DNA from: Squalus acanthias
Taxonomy: Eukaryota
NCBI GenBank assembly: GCA_030390025.1
Contig: CM059425.1
Location: 84,878,001-84,942,000 of the forward strand
DNA: 64,000 nt
Reading direction: 5' to 3'
In this document: positions 1 to 11,559 of the stretch, piece after piece
Position numbering within the stretch: the first letter of the stretch is position 1
Layout of the letters: each line of letters begins with the position of its first letter
Notes under the pieces: model-generated
What the model was told of the DNA's origin: nothing
Database searches by the model: none
The model's input: the letters and a program-made list of their open reading frames with translations, nothing else
Position numbers and translations under genes: made by a program

Positions 1-1267
1 GTCAAAGACATGAAAATTAGATTTTATTTGTGTTTGCCAGAATTTCCTCAATAAAATTTATGCACGCACACTCACACAAAAATGAGGCTCCTCCTTTGAT
101 CAGTTATTTCTCCCTTTCCTCGTTCTTGGGTCTTCCAATGCCAGTTGTACCAACATGGAGTCCAGTGCCAAGGCCAAGCTAGAGTCTCAAAAGCAATAGA
201 GAGTCATACTTGACCCAGCTTTGTTTCAGTTCTACCTTGACTCTGTGGATGTTGTGTTAGGAGTCCATTTGAAAATGGCATGTGTTGGCAACACAGCAAT
301 GCTTTGCATTACCCCCCAGGGATTGGCCCTGAATGAGTATTGCTCTGAAGCTAGCAGCTGGAGATAAGTAAGGACAGCCTCTCTCCCCGGATTCCTGTCT
401 TTCCTTGTAGGAAACCACCTGACCATTGTTTACTGCCTCCACAGGCTCAGTAACTCACTGTGAGGAGGATTGTATGCCTGTACACAAATCCTATCATTCT
501 GCCGTGCAGTAGATTGGGACTCAGCAATTACATTACTTTGTATTTTCTATTTATACCATACAATCTTGCATTGCATAGTAATTTACGATAAAAGTCAGAA
601 CAATGTAGTTTAAAAAAGTGTGCTTACTTATAATTGTGGCAAATATGAACATAACCATTTATTAACAAACCCAGCATCAGTTTGAAAACTGTCACTTAGA
701 ACCAAACATGAGCTTACCCCATTGTCAGGACCAGCTGTGCCTTCCATTCATCGTAGTGCTTGGCTGTCGATTAACCTGTTAACAACTATATGCAAGAATC
801 AGTTACTCCTTAACTTACACTTAGCTTGAGGTTCCATTAGTTTATAATCTCTTGTTCTCATCTCAGAGTTCAGTGCGATGCATTCTTTCACACCCAGTTC
901 TATAATTTCTTTCGTAATGGGCCTCTCTCCCTTTATTCTAATGAGAACGGATTACACTCTCTTAGCTGCTCATCGCTGCTTTTTGATTTAAGACTTGGTT
1001 GCATACTTGTTGCAGTCTCTTGTACCCTACCAGACCCTTATGTCGTTGTAAGTAGCGAGACATCGGGCAAGGCCTCATTCTGTTTTGCATCACCACTAAC
1101 TGGCATGAGCATCATAATCCACAATTCATGAAGAGTTTAAAGTCAACTACCGTTTAAAAAATACTTTGTCCAGGCCAAACTCAGTACATATATTGAGGTT
1201 GATTCAAACTGTTTTTTGAACTGTAGGCTTGAGTGGAGGAACCAAGCTACTTTTGAACAAACATGGA

Positions 1268-1835
1268 CACTGGTTTGGCCTCAACTGGAGTATTGTGTCC
1301 AATTCTGGGCACCGCACTTTAGGAAGGATATGAAGGCCTTGGAGAGGGTGCAGAAAAGATTTACAAGAATGATTCCAGGGATGAGGGACTTCAGTTACGT
1401 GGATAGACTAGAGAAGCTGGGGTTGTTCTCCTTGGAGCAGAGAAGGTTGAGAGGAGATTTGATAGAGGTGTTCAAAATCATGAGGGGTCCTGACAGAGTA
1501 GATAGAGAGAAACTGTTCCCATTGGTGGAAGGGTCGAGAACCAGAGGACACAGATTTAAGGTGATTGGCAAAAGAACCAAAGGTGACATGAGGGAAAACT
1601 TTTTTACGCAGCGGGTGGTTAGGATCTGGAATGCACTGCCTGAAAGGGTGGTGGAGGCAGACTCAATTGTGGCTTTCAAAAGGGAGTTGGATAAGTACCT
1701 GAAGGAAAAAATTTGCAGGGCTACGGGGAAAGGGCGAGGGAGTGGGACTAGCTGAAGTGCTCCTGCAGAGAGCCGGCACGGGCTCGACGGGCCAAATGGC
1801 CTCCTTCTTTGCTGTTACCATTCTAGGATTCTATG
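1268..1835 (+). mobile_element. CR1 LINE, 5'-truncated 3' fragment (ORF2 C-terminus and 3' tail)
   Basis: ORF 1216-1755 contains PQLEYCVQFWAPH...RRLRGDLIEVFKI...FFTQRVVRIWNALP, typical of the CR1 ORF2 C-terminus. Ends in an ATTCTAGGATTCTATG repeat tail. Confidence 0.95.
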
Positions 1836-2501
1836 GACCATGTAATTAATTCAATTAAATGTATGACAACCAATTATTTTTTAATCTGACTGTCAGTGAT
1901 GGAAATTGAAAATATCCATGGCAAACAGTGATCGAGTGTAAGTGGCTAGATCGGTTCACTGGGGCTGAGTTGGTAGAAGTTAGTTGAAACGATTAAAACC
2001 TTTTGCAGGAAAGGACATGGTATGCCAGCTGGCTCCCGTAGTCAGAAAAGAATACAAGAAAGAAAAGGACTGGGTGTGTAAAAACAACCTATATAGAGGC
2101 TTAGCTTAGGCTTAAAATACAACTCTTTGATTTTTTCCACCCAAAGAGTTAAATAATAGATTTTTTTTACTGTAAATATATAATGGCACTATATCACTGA
2201 GATTATTTGCTTATTGAATGTTTGGTTAATAATTCTTAGTATTTTTAATTAAATTAAAATTAGGTCTGAAACTTTAATACTTTCAAAGACTGGAGAGATG
2301 ATGCTTAAAAATAACTACTATACAGGATTTGCTGTTCATTATTCTGAGCATATTTAGACAGTTTACCTAGATCTCAAAGCTATGATATACACTCTTGAAG
2401 GTACAGGGGTTCGGGGCTCGGACTATGACAGTCATGCAAGGTATGAGAGCAAAAATAATCTAGAGTAAGAAGTGTACAAAAGATCCAAAAATGTACTCTA
2501 A

Positions 2502-2907
2502 ACAGCAGCAACTTGCATTAATATAGCGCCTTTTATATAGAAAAACATCCCAGCAAGCTTCACAGAGGCGTAATCAGACAAAAATGGACAATATGGCCAT
2601 AGAAGGAGAGGTGGCCAAATGCTTGGTCAAAGAGGTGAGTTTTAAGGAGGCTCTTAAAGGAGGTGAGAGAAGTGTATAGCTGGGGGGGCGGAGTTTAGGG
2701 AGGGAATTCCTGAGTGTGGGACCTCGACAACTGAAGGCACAGCCACCACTAGTGGCACAAAGGGAGGGAGATGCACAGAAGGCCAATCAGAGGAATGGAG
2801 AGTGTGCGGCAGGGTTGTAGGGCTTGATAAGGTTACAGACCTAGAGACGGGCAAGGCCATGAAGGGATCTTAAACACGAGGACAATGTAGGTCAGCAAGA
2901 ACAGGTG
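2502..2907 (-). mobile_element. L2-type LINE 3' end fragment
   Basis: Minus strand reads GGCAFSCRGPTLRNSLP...LKLTSLTK (degenerate L2 C-terminus). Ends in a GGCGCTATAT.AATGCAAGTTG tail shared with 19938-21208 and 32308-32875. Confidence 0.8.
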
Positions 2908-2919
2908 AAGGGAACCTTG

Positions 2920-3372
2920 CAGACCGCACCTTAAGTACTGTGATCAGTTTTGGTCACGAAAACATAAGGGAAACATTTAAAACATGGAGGCAGTATAGAG
3001 AAGAGCCACACAGCTGAAGCCTAGCATCGAAGGATTGAGTTACAAGAAAGACTGGAGAAACTCGCCTCTTTCACACTGAAAGAAGTGACTGCAGAGGGTC
3101 TTTTGGAGTATGCAAGGCCAGTCCAACGCCGGCATCTCCGCATCTTAAATAAAGTAGATAAGGTTAATCAAGACAATTGAAGAAGGAAGCATGGGCTTTA
3201 ACTGGTGAAAGGACATTGAAGACAGATGACATTAAAATTAGAATGGTCTCTGGGAAGAGAAGTGGAAGTAGAAACCTTAGATACAACTAGATGAACAGAT
3301 GGGGAAATGCAACCTTTTTAAAAATTCTGGATGATTGAGCTAAGATGGATCGAATGGCCTCCCATATCTGTA
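2920..3372 (+). mobile_element. Highly degenerate old CR1 3' fragment
   Basis: AGACCGCACCTTAAGTACTGTGATCAGTTTTGG resembles RPHLEYCVQFW; GATGGATCGAATGGCCTCC resembles the CR1 3' UTR. Confidence 0.6.
3118..3144 (+). mobile_element. 27-nt Penelope terminal-tail fragment
   Basis: CCAGTCCAACGCCGGCATCTCCGCATC matches 46221-46247 at 26/27 positions. Confidence 0.8.
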
Positions 3373-3416
3373 ATTAACAAATGCAAACTAGCCAATCAGG
3401 ATCCACCTGTAATAAT

Positions 3417-3610
3417 TAAAAAAAAGAAAATACTGCAGATGCTGTAAATCTGAAATAAAAACAGAAAATGCTGGAGATACTCAGCAGGTCAGGCAGCATC
3501 TGTGAAGAGAGAAACAGACGAAATGTCATCGACCAGAAACGTTAACTCTGTTTCTCGCTTCACAGATGTTGCCTGACCTGCTGAGTATCGCCAGCATTTC
3601 CTGTTTTTAT
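3417..3610. mobile_element. Palindromic Penelope-derived terminal-repeat insert
   Basis: Inverted arms AATAAAAACAGAAAATGCTGGAGATACTCAGCAGGTCAGGCAGCATCTGTG and its reverse complement. Flanked by 15-bp TSD TCCACCTGTAATAAT (3402-3416, 3611-3625). Confidence 0.85.
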
Positions 3611-4462
3611 TCCACCTGTAATAATGCTCCTTTGACATTTTTCAACATCAAAAATGCAGGGAAACAAATGAAAATGTCTTTAACCAAACTATGGACTCTG
3701 CAAGATTTAGTGGAGATGGTACAATAAAGATTCTGTAAATTCACAGCTCGCTATGACTCAGCTCCTCACTGCTGGGCCAACGCTGACCTGACCCGATTCT
3801 TGTTGTCAATCACAAAGCAGCCTGGCACTCATTGGTAGCCCCAATCCGTGCTGACTCTGTCATACAAACGTTCATTGGAGTTTATTCATTTGGGTGGATT
3901 AATATTTTATTTATTTCATTAATGTCTTAAAGATTTTATAACTTCATCACCCATATAGCAAGTGAACAGATCACATACCAATGGTGGACCTGTTAGCTGT
4001 AAGTTCATTCATTTGAGTTTTTGTCCTCTAAGTGGTGGTTGGGGTGAGTTGGATTGGGACTGGTAGCTTAAGGAGGAAATGGCTAATTGCCCTGCATCCC
4101 CCACCCCCACCACCCACCCCTAAATCTGTCACTGCTTCTGCCAGTGCTCTTTTTACACTTTGACATCTAAAGCTTGCTTTAACAAATTAATATGTAGGTC
4201 AAACTGTGAGCAATAAACTCAATCTTCCTATTTATCCCAAAGTACAATCAAAAGAAACACTTGAAGCAAAGCCTAAGAGGTTCTCTCAGTGACACTTTAA
4301 CAAGGATTTAATTGCCCTTTAGGAGCATTTTTTCTCTTTTTATCAACAAGAACAACTTGCATTTATATAATGCCTCTCACATGGAAAAACATTCCAAGGC
4401 ACTGCATGTTTTGCTCACCTGTTTACTCTTTTTGTTAAACTTTATCCACAGAGGAAAATAAG

Positions 4463-4595
4463 GGGGGAAAATTCAGTTGCTTTGCACCTCCCGTTTGAGG
4501 GGGTGCTAATGGGGCGCAAAGCAACTAGCGCCCGGGCGCTGCGCTGCCAACGGCTCCCGTGAAATTCAGCGGGAGGTTAGGGACGGCGGTAGCAC
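4463..4595 (+). mobile_element. Truncated left end of GGGGG-TIR Harbinger-type MITE
   Basis: GGGGGAAAATTCAGTTG...GCTAATGGGGCGCAAA matches the left end of 34523-35415. Confidence 0.7.
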
Positions 4596-4652
4596 TTAAT
4601 TGGCTGTGAAGCGCTTTAGTATGTCCTGAGATCATGAAAGGCGTTAAGCAGT

Positions 4653-5309
4653 GGTTCAGGATTTTTATGGATGGGGTGGCCCGGACCTGGAGGTGATTGG
4701 ATTAGGAGGCTGTGGATTGAAGTCTATGGGTGTGGGGAATGGGGACACGGGCCCCAATATTAGTGGGGAGAATGCAGGGGAGCCCGGTAACGGGCGAAGA
4801 ACCCGGCTAGTCTGGGGAAGTGGAGGCTCTGCCGATCTTAACAGCAGGGTCTCAATTTAATTTATTCTGGGCAGAGTCCCGCCCAACAGCCGATCCAGGA
4901 GTGGACACGAGGCACGAAGCCGCACCCGGGGACCTGTGGGGACGGTCCCTGGCAGTCAGTGGGGTGGGGAAGGCTCCGGGTCACATTCGGGAGTGGGTAG
5001 TGAGCCAAAAGATTGGGGCCGTGAAGGCTGAAGGCTTCCTTGAGGCCTGGGGGGGGGCAGTCAGCACCTTCCTCCATTGATCTGTTGTCGGGCAGCCGAC
5101 AGCACGGGACTGCCAGTGACGTAGAGTTAAGTTTGTTAACTAGGTCCCCGCTGCCCTTTGCATGAGCCTTGTCGATGGCTTGGTTTGGGTTTGTAAAAAT
5201 TTAAACGGCCGGGATGTCAGCAGGTTGGAGCCGGGAGGTAGAATTATTAAATTGTAACCCCTCCCACACACCATTCCCGCTGTTAGGGGCGGGGGTGAAA
5301 ATCGGGACC
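4653..5309. mobile_element. GC-rich non-autonomous DNA transposon (Harbinger-like MITE)
   Basis: Imperfect TIRs GGTTCAGGATTTT / AAAATCGGGACC with 3-bp flanks AGT/ATT. Internal motif related to GCACTCCTGCTCCTCC of 26652-27305. Confidence 0.55.
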
Positions 5310-6032
5310 ATTAAATCTGTTGATTATATGACAACTGCACCATTCTTTTCATACTGATCTTAGAGGAAGGCCCGACACTGTTATTCTCAACAAATAAAAT
5401 TATTTTAAAAGATTCTTCTGTACATGCTTATGAGCTTTAATAATATTCCAAAAATAAAAATGAGAAAAAAAGACTGGGCAGGAGCAGAAGTTTCTCATGG
5501 CCTCAAGTGCTGCATACTTTATTCCCATAATTGTAGAGGAAGCTTTGAAACTTTTAAATTTCCAGGGCAGTGTGAGGCCAATTCCTCCCTTGGGCCTAGC
5601 CTGCGTTCAGCTGTAAAAACAGTGGAAGTCAATTATAACTACCTCATTTCTGGGCTGAGCATCCCTCCTGTCCACCAATAAAATATCGTTCTTGTGCCAT
5701 GGTGATGTGGACTGCACCTCAGTGGAAATGAAATGACACCTTGCAGTCCGTACGTGGCTTAATGAAAACGATGGTGTTCAAACCAAAGTGTGAAAATTCC
5801 ACCAACTGAATTGAAATTTTAATTAATTGACAAATTGAATATTGTGAAGAACAAATTTTGAAAAGGACTATCAACGAAAACATATTTCAAAACCCAGTGA
5901 GAGATTGTTAAGATTTGTACAGATCCTGCAGTGCATTGATCTCGTGGACTGAGGGGGAGGGGCAAGCAAGTCATGCATGAATGTTTCTATTTTTAAGTCA
6001 ATATATATTCAGCTTCCCTGATTCATCTTAAT

Positions 6033-7428
6033 TACAGAGAATTTACAGCACAGCAACAGGTCATTCGGCCCAACTTGTCTATGCCAATGTCCATGCTTCA
6101 CATGAGCCTCCTCCCACCCTACTTCATCTCTCCCTTATCAGCGTAATCTTCTATTCTTTTCTCCCTCATGTGCTTATCTAGCTGCCCCATAAATGCATCT
6201 ATGCTATTCACCTCAACCACTCCTTGTGGTAGTAAGTTCCACATTCTCACCACTCTGTGTGTAAAGAAGTTTCTCCTGAATTCCCTATTGGATTTATTAG
6301 TGACTATTTTATATTTATGACCCCTAGTTTTGGACTCCCCCACAAGTGGAAACAGCTTCCCTACATCTACCCGCTCAAACTCCTTCAGAATTTTAAAGAC
6401 CTCGATCAGGTCACCCCTCAGTCTTCTCTTTTCTAGAGAAAAGAACCCCAGCCTGTTTAGACCTTCCTTATAGGTATAACCTCTCAGTTCTGGTATCATC
6501 CTTGTAAATCTTTTTTTCATCTTCTCCAGTGCCTCTATATCCTTTTATAATATGGAGCAAAATTGTGCACAGTGTGGCCGACCAAGGTTCTATATAAATT
6601 TAACATAACCTATCGGCTTTTCAATTCTGTTCCTCTAGAAATAAACCCCAGTGCTTTGTTTGCATTTTTTATGGCTTTGTTAACCTGCATCGCCACTTTT
6701 AATGATTTGTGAATCTGTATCCTTAGATCCCTTTACCCCTCTACCCCATTTAGACTCTTATTTTCCAAGGAGTATGTGGCCTCCTTATTCCTCCTACCAA
6801 AATGCACCTCCTCACACTTAACTACAGGAAACTTTTGTTTATCCGGCACCCAAATATCCGGAATTCTCGCTTAACCGGCAAAAATCATCCTCCGAAAACT
6901 CCTCTCAAATAACCGGCAATGTTGCCGAGTCGCAGTCGAGTCTCCGCGAACGCCGAGTACTCCGAAAACTCCTCTCAAATAACCGGCAATGTTGCCGATC
7001 CCGAGTCCGAGTCCGAGTCCGAGTCCGCGAACGCCGATTTAGTCAGTAGGGGTAGTTTTCAAAAGTGCCACTACTCGGCCGCCTGGCGCTGTCGGAAGTA
7101 TACTGCACATTTCTTGATTTATTTATTTTTCTTTGTTAAAAATAGCCTCGGTAGATATAACTCTCCGTTATCCGGTACTTTCGATAAACCGGCACCATGC
7201 CGGTCCCGTCGGTGCCGGTTTTAAAGCGTTTCCTGTATATTGAAATTAATTTGCCATTTTCACACCCATATTGCACGTTTATCATCATCATCTTGTATTT
7301 TGTCAGTCTTCTTCAGTATTAACCACAAGCTCAATTTGGTGTCATCCGCAAATTTTGAAATTATACTTCTGATTCCAGAGTCCAAATCGTTTATGTAAAT
7401 GTTGGAACAACAGCGATCCCAGCACATT
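6033..7428 (-). mobile_element. CR1 LINE fragment (RT C-terminal half to 3' UTR), interrupted by a Tc1/mariner MITE
   Basis: ORF 7260-7460 (YINDLD...SKFADDTKL) and ORF 6119-6520 (RRLRGDLIEVFKIL...FFTHRVV). Confidence 0.92.
6825..7235. mobile_element. Tc1/mariner (pogo/Tigger-type) MITE, 411 bp
   Basis: TA TSD (6823-6824, 7236-7237). Imperfect TIRs CAGGAAACTTTTGTTTATCCGGCACC versus CAGGAAACGCTTTAAAACCGGCACC. Repeated subterminal (T/A)CCGG motifs. CR1 host rejoins on removal. Confidence 0.85.
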
Positions 7429-8491
7429 CTATTCCATGTTTCTGCAGCTGGACAAACCAACTAATGAATGACATAAGGTTTACTCAAACTGTTGTCTCCT
7501 GGTGTTTACTTGATTTTCTTTGCTGGTCAGTGAGGAATTTCCCCGAGTGTTTTCCTACATTGGCCTATGGTTTTTTTCTCCATTTATTTGCCTCGCCCAG
7601 GAGATTTCATGGCTGGAGGTTGGTGGGTTGATGGTGCGTGAGGGATGTCCCATGTTGAGATGGAATAGGCTTGATAATCCAGTTGGTCTTTTCCTGTCCT
7701 TCTATTTTGTATGTTCATAAGATGTATTTGGAATTAATATAACAGTGATAAGAGTGGAGAACTATTACTACAGCATGCTGGATTGGACTGTGCTTCTTTG
7801 TGATGACTAAAGCGGGACAATGCCTGAACTTCCAGAACCGGATGTGTAGGCTATGTCCTTGGATTGCTGTTTTGAGGGAGCCTCTTCCCAAACAGCTTGT
7901 ATGCTTGGAAAATAACAACACATTTTAAAGCACAAAATTGGAAATAAAGAGACTTTGTATAGAGTCAATTTAACTGGAGATGCTCTGGCACTTTAAACAA
8001 ATATTAGTTTGTGTGATGAAAGCTCATTATTTAACCAATAGCTTTGGCCAGGCACAATCTTTTGTTAACCTTTAGACTGCCAACAGCTTCAACGATTCGA
8101 GTTTGCTTGTGCCAGCCATTTTTCTTTAAATATTTTAACTCCAACATGACACTGTCTTTAAATCTGTGGTTAGTTATTATGCTTGTTCTGTTTGTTTCCT
8201 CCCTCACTTCCCCTTCTTTCCTGAAGGCATTGACTGTTGCTGGAGTACAGTTCCATGCGGTCAGTCTACCTTGTGTATCTTGCCCAAGAGGGGCATTCTT
8301 CAATTGTGAGCCTTGATGTTAAGTACCATTAGACTATTCCCCCACAATGGGGAGATGTCTTCACAGCTGAGCCCCATCCTGCCCTTCACTGAATCCCGTA
8401 TATGTGCACTTACAGCAGGGATGACTAGGTACTGATCAGGACTGGATAAATATTTGGAAAAGATTAAAAAAGGAATGAGGAAAAGGCAAGG

Positions 8492-9793
8492 AACATAGGA
8501 ACAGGAGTAGGCCATCAACCCCTCGCGCCTGTTCCGCCATTCAATTAGTTTCTCTATCTACCGTTTCAAATCTGCTAATCATCTTTAATACCTCAATTAA
8601 ATCACCCCTTAATCTTCTATATTCAAGGGAATACAAGCCTAGTCTAGGCAACCTGACCTCATAATTTAACCCTTTTAGCCCCGGTATCATTCAGGTTAAT
8701 CTGCGCTGCACCCCCTCCAAGGCCAATATCTCCTTCATGAGGTACGGTGCCCAGAAGTAAATGCAGTGCTCCAGATGTGGTCTAACCAGTGCTCGGTACA
8801 GCTGTAATATAACTTCCACCCCTTTGTATTCCAGCCTTCTTGAGATAAAGGCCAGTATTCCATTTTTAATTATTGTTTGTATGTGTCCACGAGCTTTTAG
8901 TGATTTCTGTACTTGGACCCCTAAATCTCTCCGCTCCTCCACAGTTCCTAGCTTCTCTCCATTTAGAAAACACTCTGATCTATCTTTCTTAGGTCCAAAA
9001 TGGATGACCTCATACTTTCCCACAATGAACTCCATCTGCCACAGTTTTGTCCACTCACTTAAGCTATCAATGTCCCTTTGCAACTTTCTGCTCCCATCTA
9101 CACTATTTACTATGCCACCTAACTTAGAGCAGTCAGCAAACTTACAGCGCTCGATTCCTTTATCCAAGTCATTTATAAATATAGTGAAAAGCTGAGGCCC
9201 CACTAGTCACTTCCTGCCAATTTGAGTACTACATACCCATTATCCCTACTCTCTGTCTTCTACCTCTTGTGTCAGCTGTGGCTCAGTTGGTAGCACACTT
9301 GCCTCTCAGTCAGAAGGTTGTGGGTTCGAGTCTCACTCCAGGGACTTGAGCACATAACTCTAGGCTGACACGCCAGTGCAGTGCTGTGGGAGTGCTGCAC
9401 TGTCAGAGCTGCTGTCTTTCAGATGAGATGTTAAACCGAGGTCCCGTCTGCTCTCTCAGGTGGATGTAAAAGATCCCATGGCACTATTTTGAAGAGGAGC
9501 AGGGGAGTTATCCCCGGTATCCTGGCCAATATTTATCCCTCAATCAACATAACTAAAACAGTTTATCTGGTCATTATCACATTGCTGTTTGTGGGAGCTT
9601 GCTGAGCACAAATTGGCTGCCGCATTTCCCACATTACAACAGTGATTACACTTCATTGGCTGTAAATCGCTTTGAGACGTCCGGTGGTCATGAAAGGTGC
9701 TATATAAATGCAAGTCTTTCTTTCTTTCTCTTAACCAATTCCCTACCCGTCAATAGGTTGCGTCCAATTCCACGTGCTCTTATTTTTGTTAAC
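8492..9793 (-). mobile_element. CR1 LINE fragment with internal deletion, interrupted by a SINE
   Basis: ORF 8691-9203: GPQLFTIFINDLD...KFADCSKLGG...RALVRPHLEHC. Confidence 0.9.
9268..9728 (+). mobile_element. tRNA-derived Deu-domain SINE (SacSINE1-like) with L2-type tail
   Basis: A box TGGCTCAGTTGG and B box GGTTCGAGTC. Deu core GTCTTTCAGATGAGATGTTAAACCGAGGTCCCGTCTGC. Tail GCTATATAAATGCAAGT(CTTT)n. Confidence 0.88.
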
Positions 9794-10646
9794 AGGGAGG
9801 GAATAAATGGATAGCTCTTTCAGAGAGCCAGTGCAGGCACATTGGGCCAAATGGTCTCATTCTGTGCTGCAAAATTCTATGATTCTAACCATGCCCTATC
9901 TTCCCTTCTCCTCCCCAGGGCCGCTGAGGCCAATGATAGCCCTCCCATCAATGCCTGGCTAACTCAGCACAGATCAGGGACACAGATGTTCCTGATCCTG
10001 TACGCTCTCCAACTCACTGTATAAACTCATTGAACCATTCTGGCTATTCCTGGCTCTCTAAAATCCATTTTGAAGTCAGAGGATGATAAATCAAAACAGG
10101 GCCACGTGCTCTTCATACATCATCTCTCTTGAGCATTCTGATACTGTTCAACTCGCAGTTTGCCTGTATATTCAGAGATAGCTGCTGCTCAGTATATGAT
10201 GGCTGTTAGCCAGGAGCACACATTATTTCTACAGTGTTCACTTCCATCAGAAGTGATGATGGTAATGATGGGATGAAGTAGCATTCCTGAATGGAAGGGA
10301 CGACAGCATGTAACTGTTATGCAATATTGCTATTATGGGAGGGAGGGTATTTCAAATTTGAATGTAATCGATTGCCCGACCAATTGTAATATTTTTTAAA
10401 TAAATGGCCCATTTCTTCAGCCGCCTGTTCCGCTGCTGCAGGTACCCGAATCATATTGCACTCCTCCCGGAGAGGGGTTCCCGCTACCGGTGGGAATGCA
10501 GCATGGAACACACCAAACTTATTCAAATTAAGCTGACCCCAGAAATTTCATGGGGTCAGCAGTAGCCGAGTTGGATTGGGCACGAAGCCCATCCTGTGGA
10601 CTTCATGTGGAGTTTCTGCTGAAGTGGAAAATCCCAGTTTATGTAT

Positions 10647-10940
10647 GGGCAACATGGTGGCATAGTGGTTAGCACTGTTGCCTCACAGCGCCAGGGACCT
10701 GGGTTCAAATCCGGCCTCGGGTGACTGTGTGTGGAGTTTGCACATTCTCCCCGTGTCTGCGTGGGTTTCCTCCGGGTGCTCCGGTTTCCTCCCACAGTCC
10801 AAAGATGTGCGGGTTAGGTTGATTTGGCTATGATAAATTGACCCTTAGTGTTAGGGGGATTGGTTACGGGGATAGGGTGGGATATGTGTCGGTGTAGGCT
10901 TGATGGGTCGAAATGGCCTCTATCTGCACTGTGGGGATTC
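10647..10940 (+). mobile_element. HE1-type V-SINE
   Basis: tRNA head (TGGCATAGTGG, GGTTCAAATCC), V-domain GTGGAGTTTGCACATTCTCCCCGTGTCTGCGTGGGTTTCCTCCGGGTGCTCCGGTTTCCTCCCAC, CR1-like tail, TGTAT TSD (10642-10646, 10941-10945). Confidence 0.92.
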
Positions 10941-11559
10941 TGTATCTTGTTAAATTTCTGTAAATAACCCGACGTGGTTAATTTGGAATTAGGACCAAGC
11001 TCATGCGCAGTATGCCGATATAGTCATGTGGCTTGGATAGAAATAGAGTTCAGTTGCACTTACGGTCTGGGACTGCGTGAGTCGTAATGTCTCGATAGCG
11101 GTAGAAAACGGAGAGGCTGCAGGTTTTAGGTCATAAGGTCCACTTACAGAAATGACAGCAAGACCATTGCAAGAGGAAACAGCTAATTTAAATACTCTAA
11201 ACTTACATCACAGGCAAGTCACTCAAAAATAAAACGACTGTGACTTAAAAGCTGTATCCTTACAGTAGGTTTTAGGGATAATTACAAACTACAAAGCAAG
11301 TGACTTACATTCCCTTTAATTACTTCCAGCTATTCATTATTTTTTGGGGCTCATTGGCAGTGCTAAGGAATGGAATACTTTCAATTTGGGCATTCATTGT
11401 CAGCATGAAGGACCACCTGGTCACATTGCCCCAATAATGGTGGTAGTGATGTACAAATATTGGGGTACACTCAGTACAACATTCTAAACACAATGGGCAA
11501 AAACAGGCACTAAATGGGTGCTGTGCTAATAAGACATGCCTGTTTGAAAGTCTGGTTTT

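Larger units (their letters stand above)
8200..10045 (-). mobile_element. AmnSINE2-like ancient SINE split (about 8200-8440 and 9888-10045) by nested CR1 and SINE insertions
   Basis: Minus-strand motifs CTGATCTGTGCTGAGTTAGC, TTGGCCTCAGCGGCCCTGGG, CAAGGCTCACAATTGAAGAATG and ATGGAACTGTACTCCAGCA resemble the AmnSINE2 consensus as remembered. Similar copies occur at 17265, 18165 and 42960. Confidence 0.55.

Noticed and set aside
9268-9340. tRNA-like A and B boxes (also at 10647, 15600-15697 and 38000-38097)
   Set aside because: These are SINE heads, not tRNA genes; each continues into a SINE body and tail.
10241-10297. Box C (GTGATGA) and box D (CTGA) motifs with a flanking stem
   Set aside because: The C-to-D span of about 38 nt is too short for a C/D snoRNA, and there is no recognisable guide.
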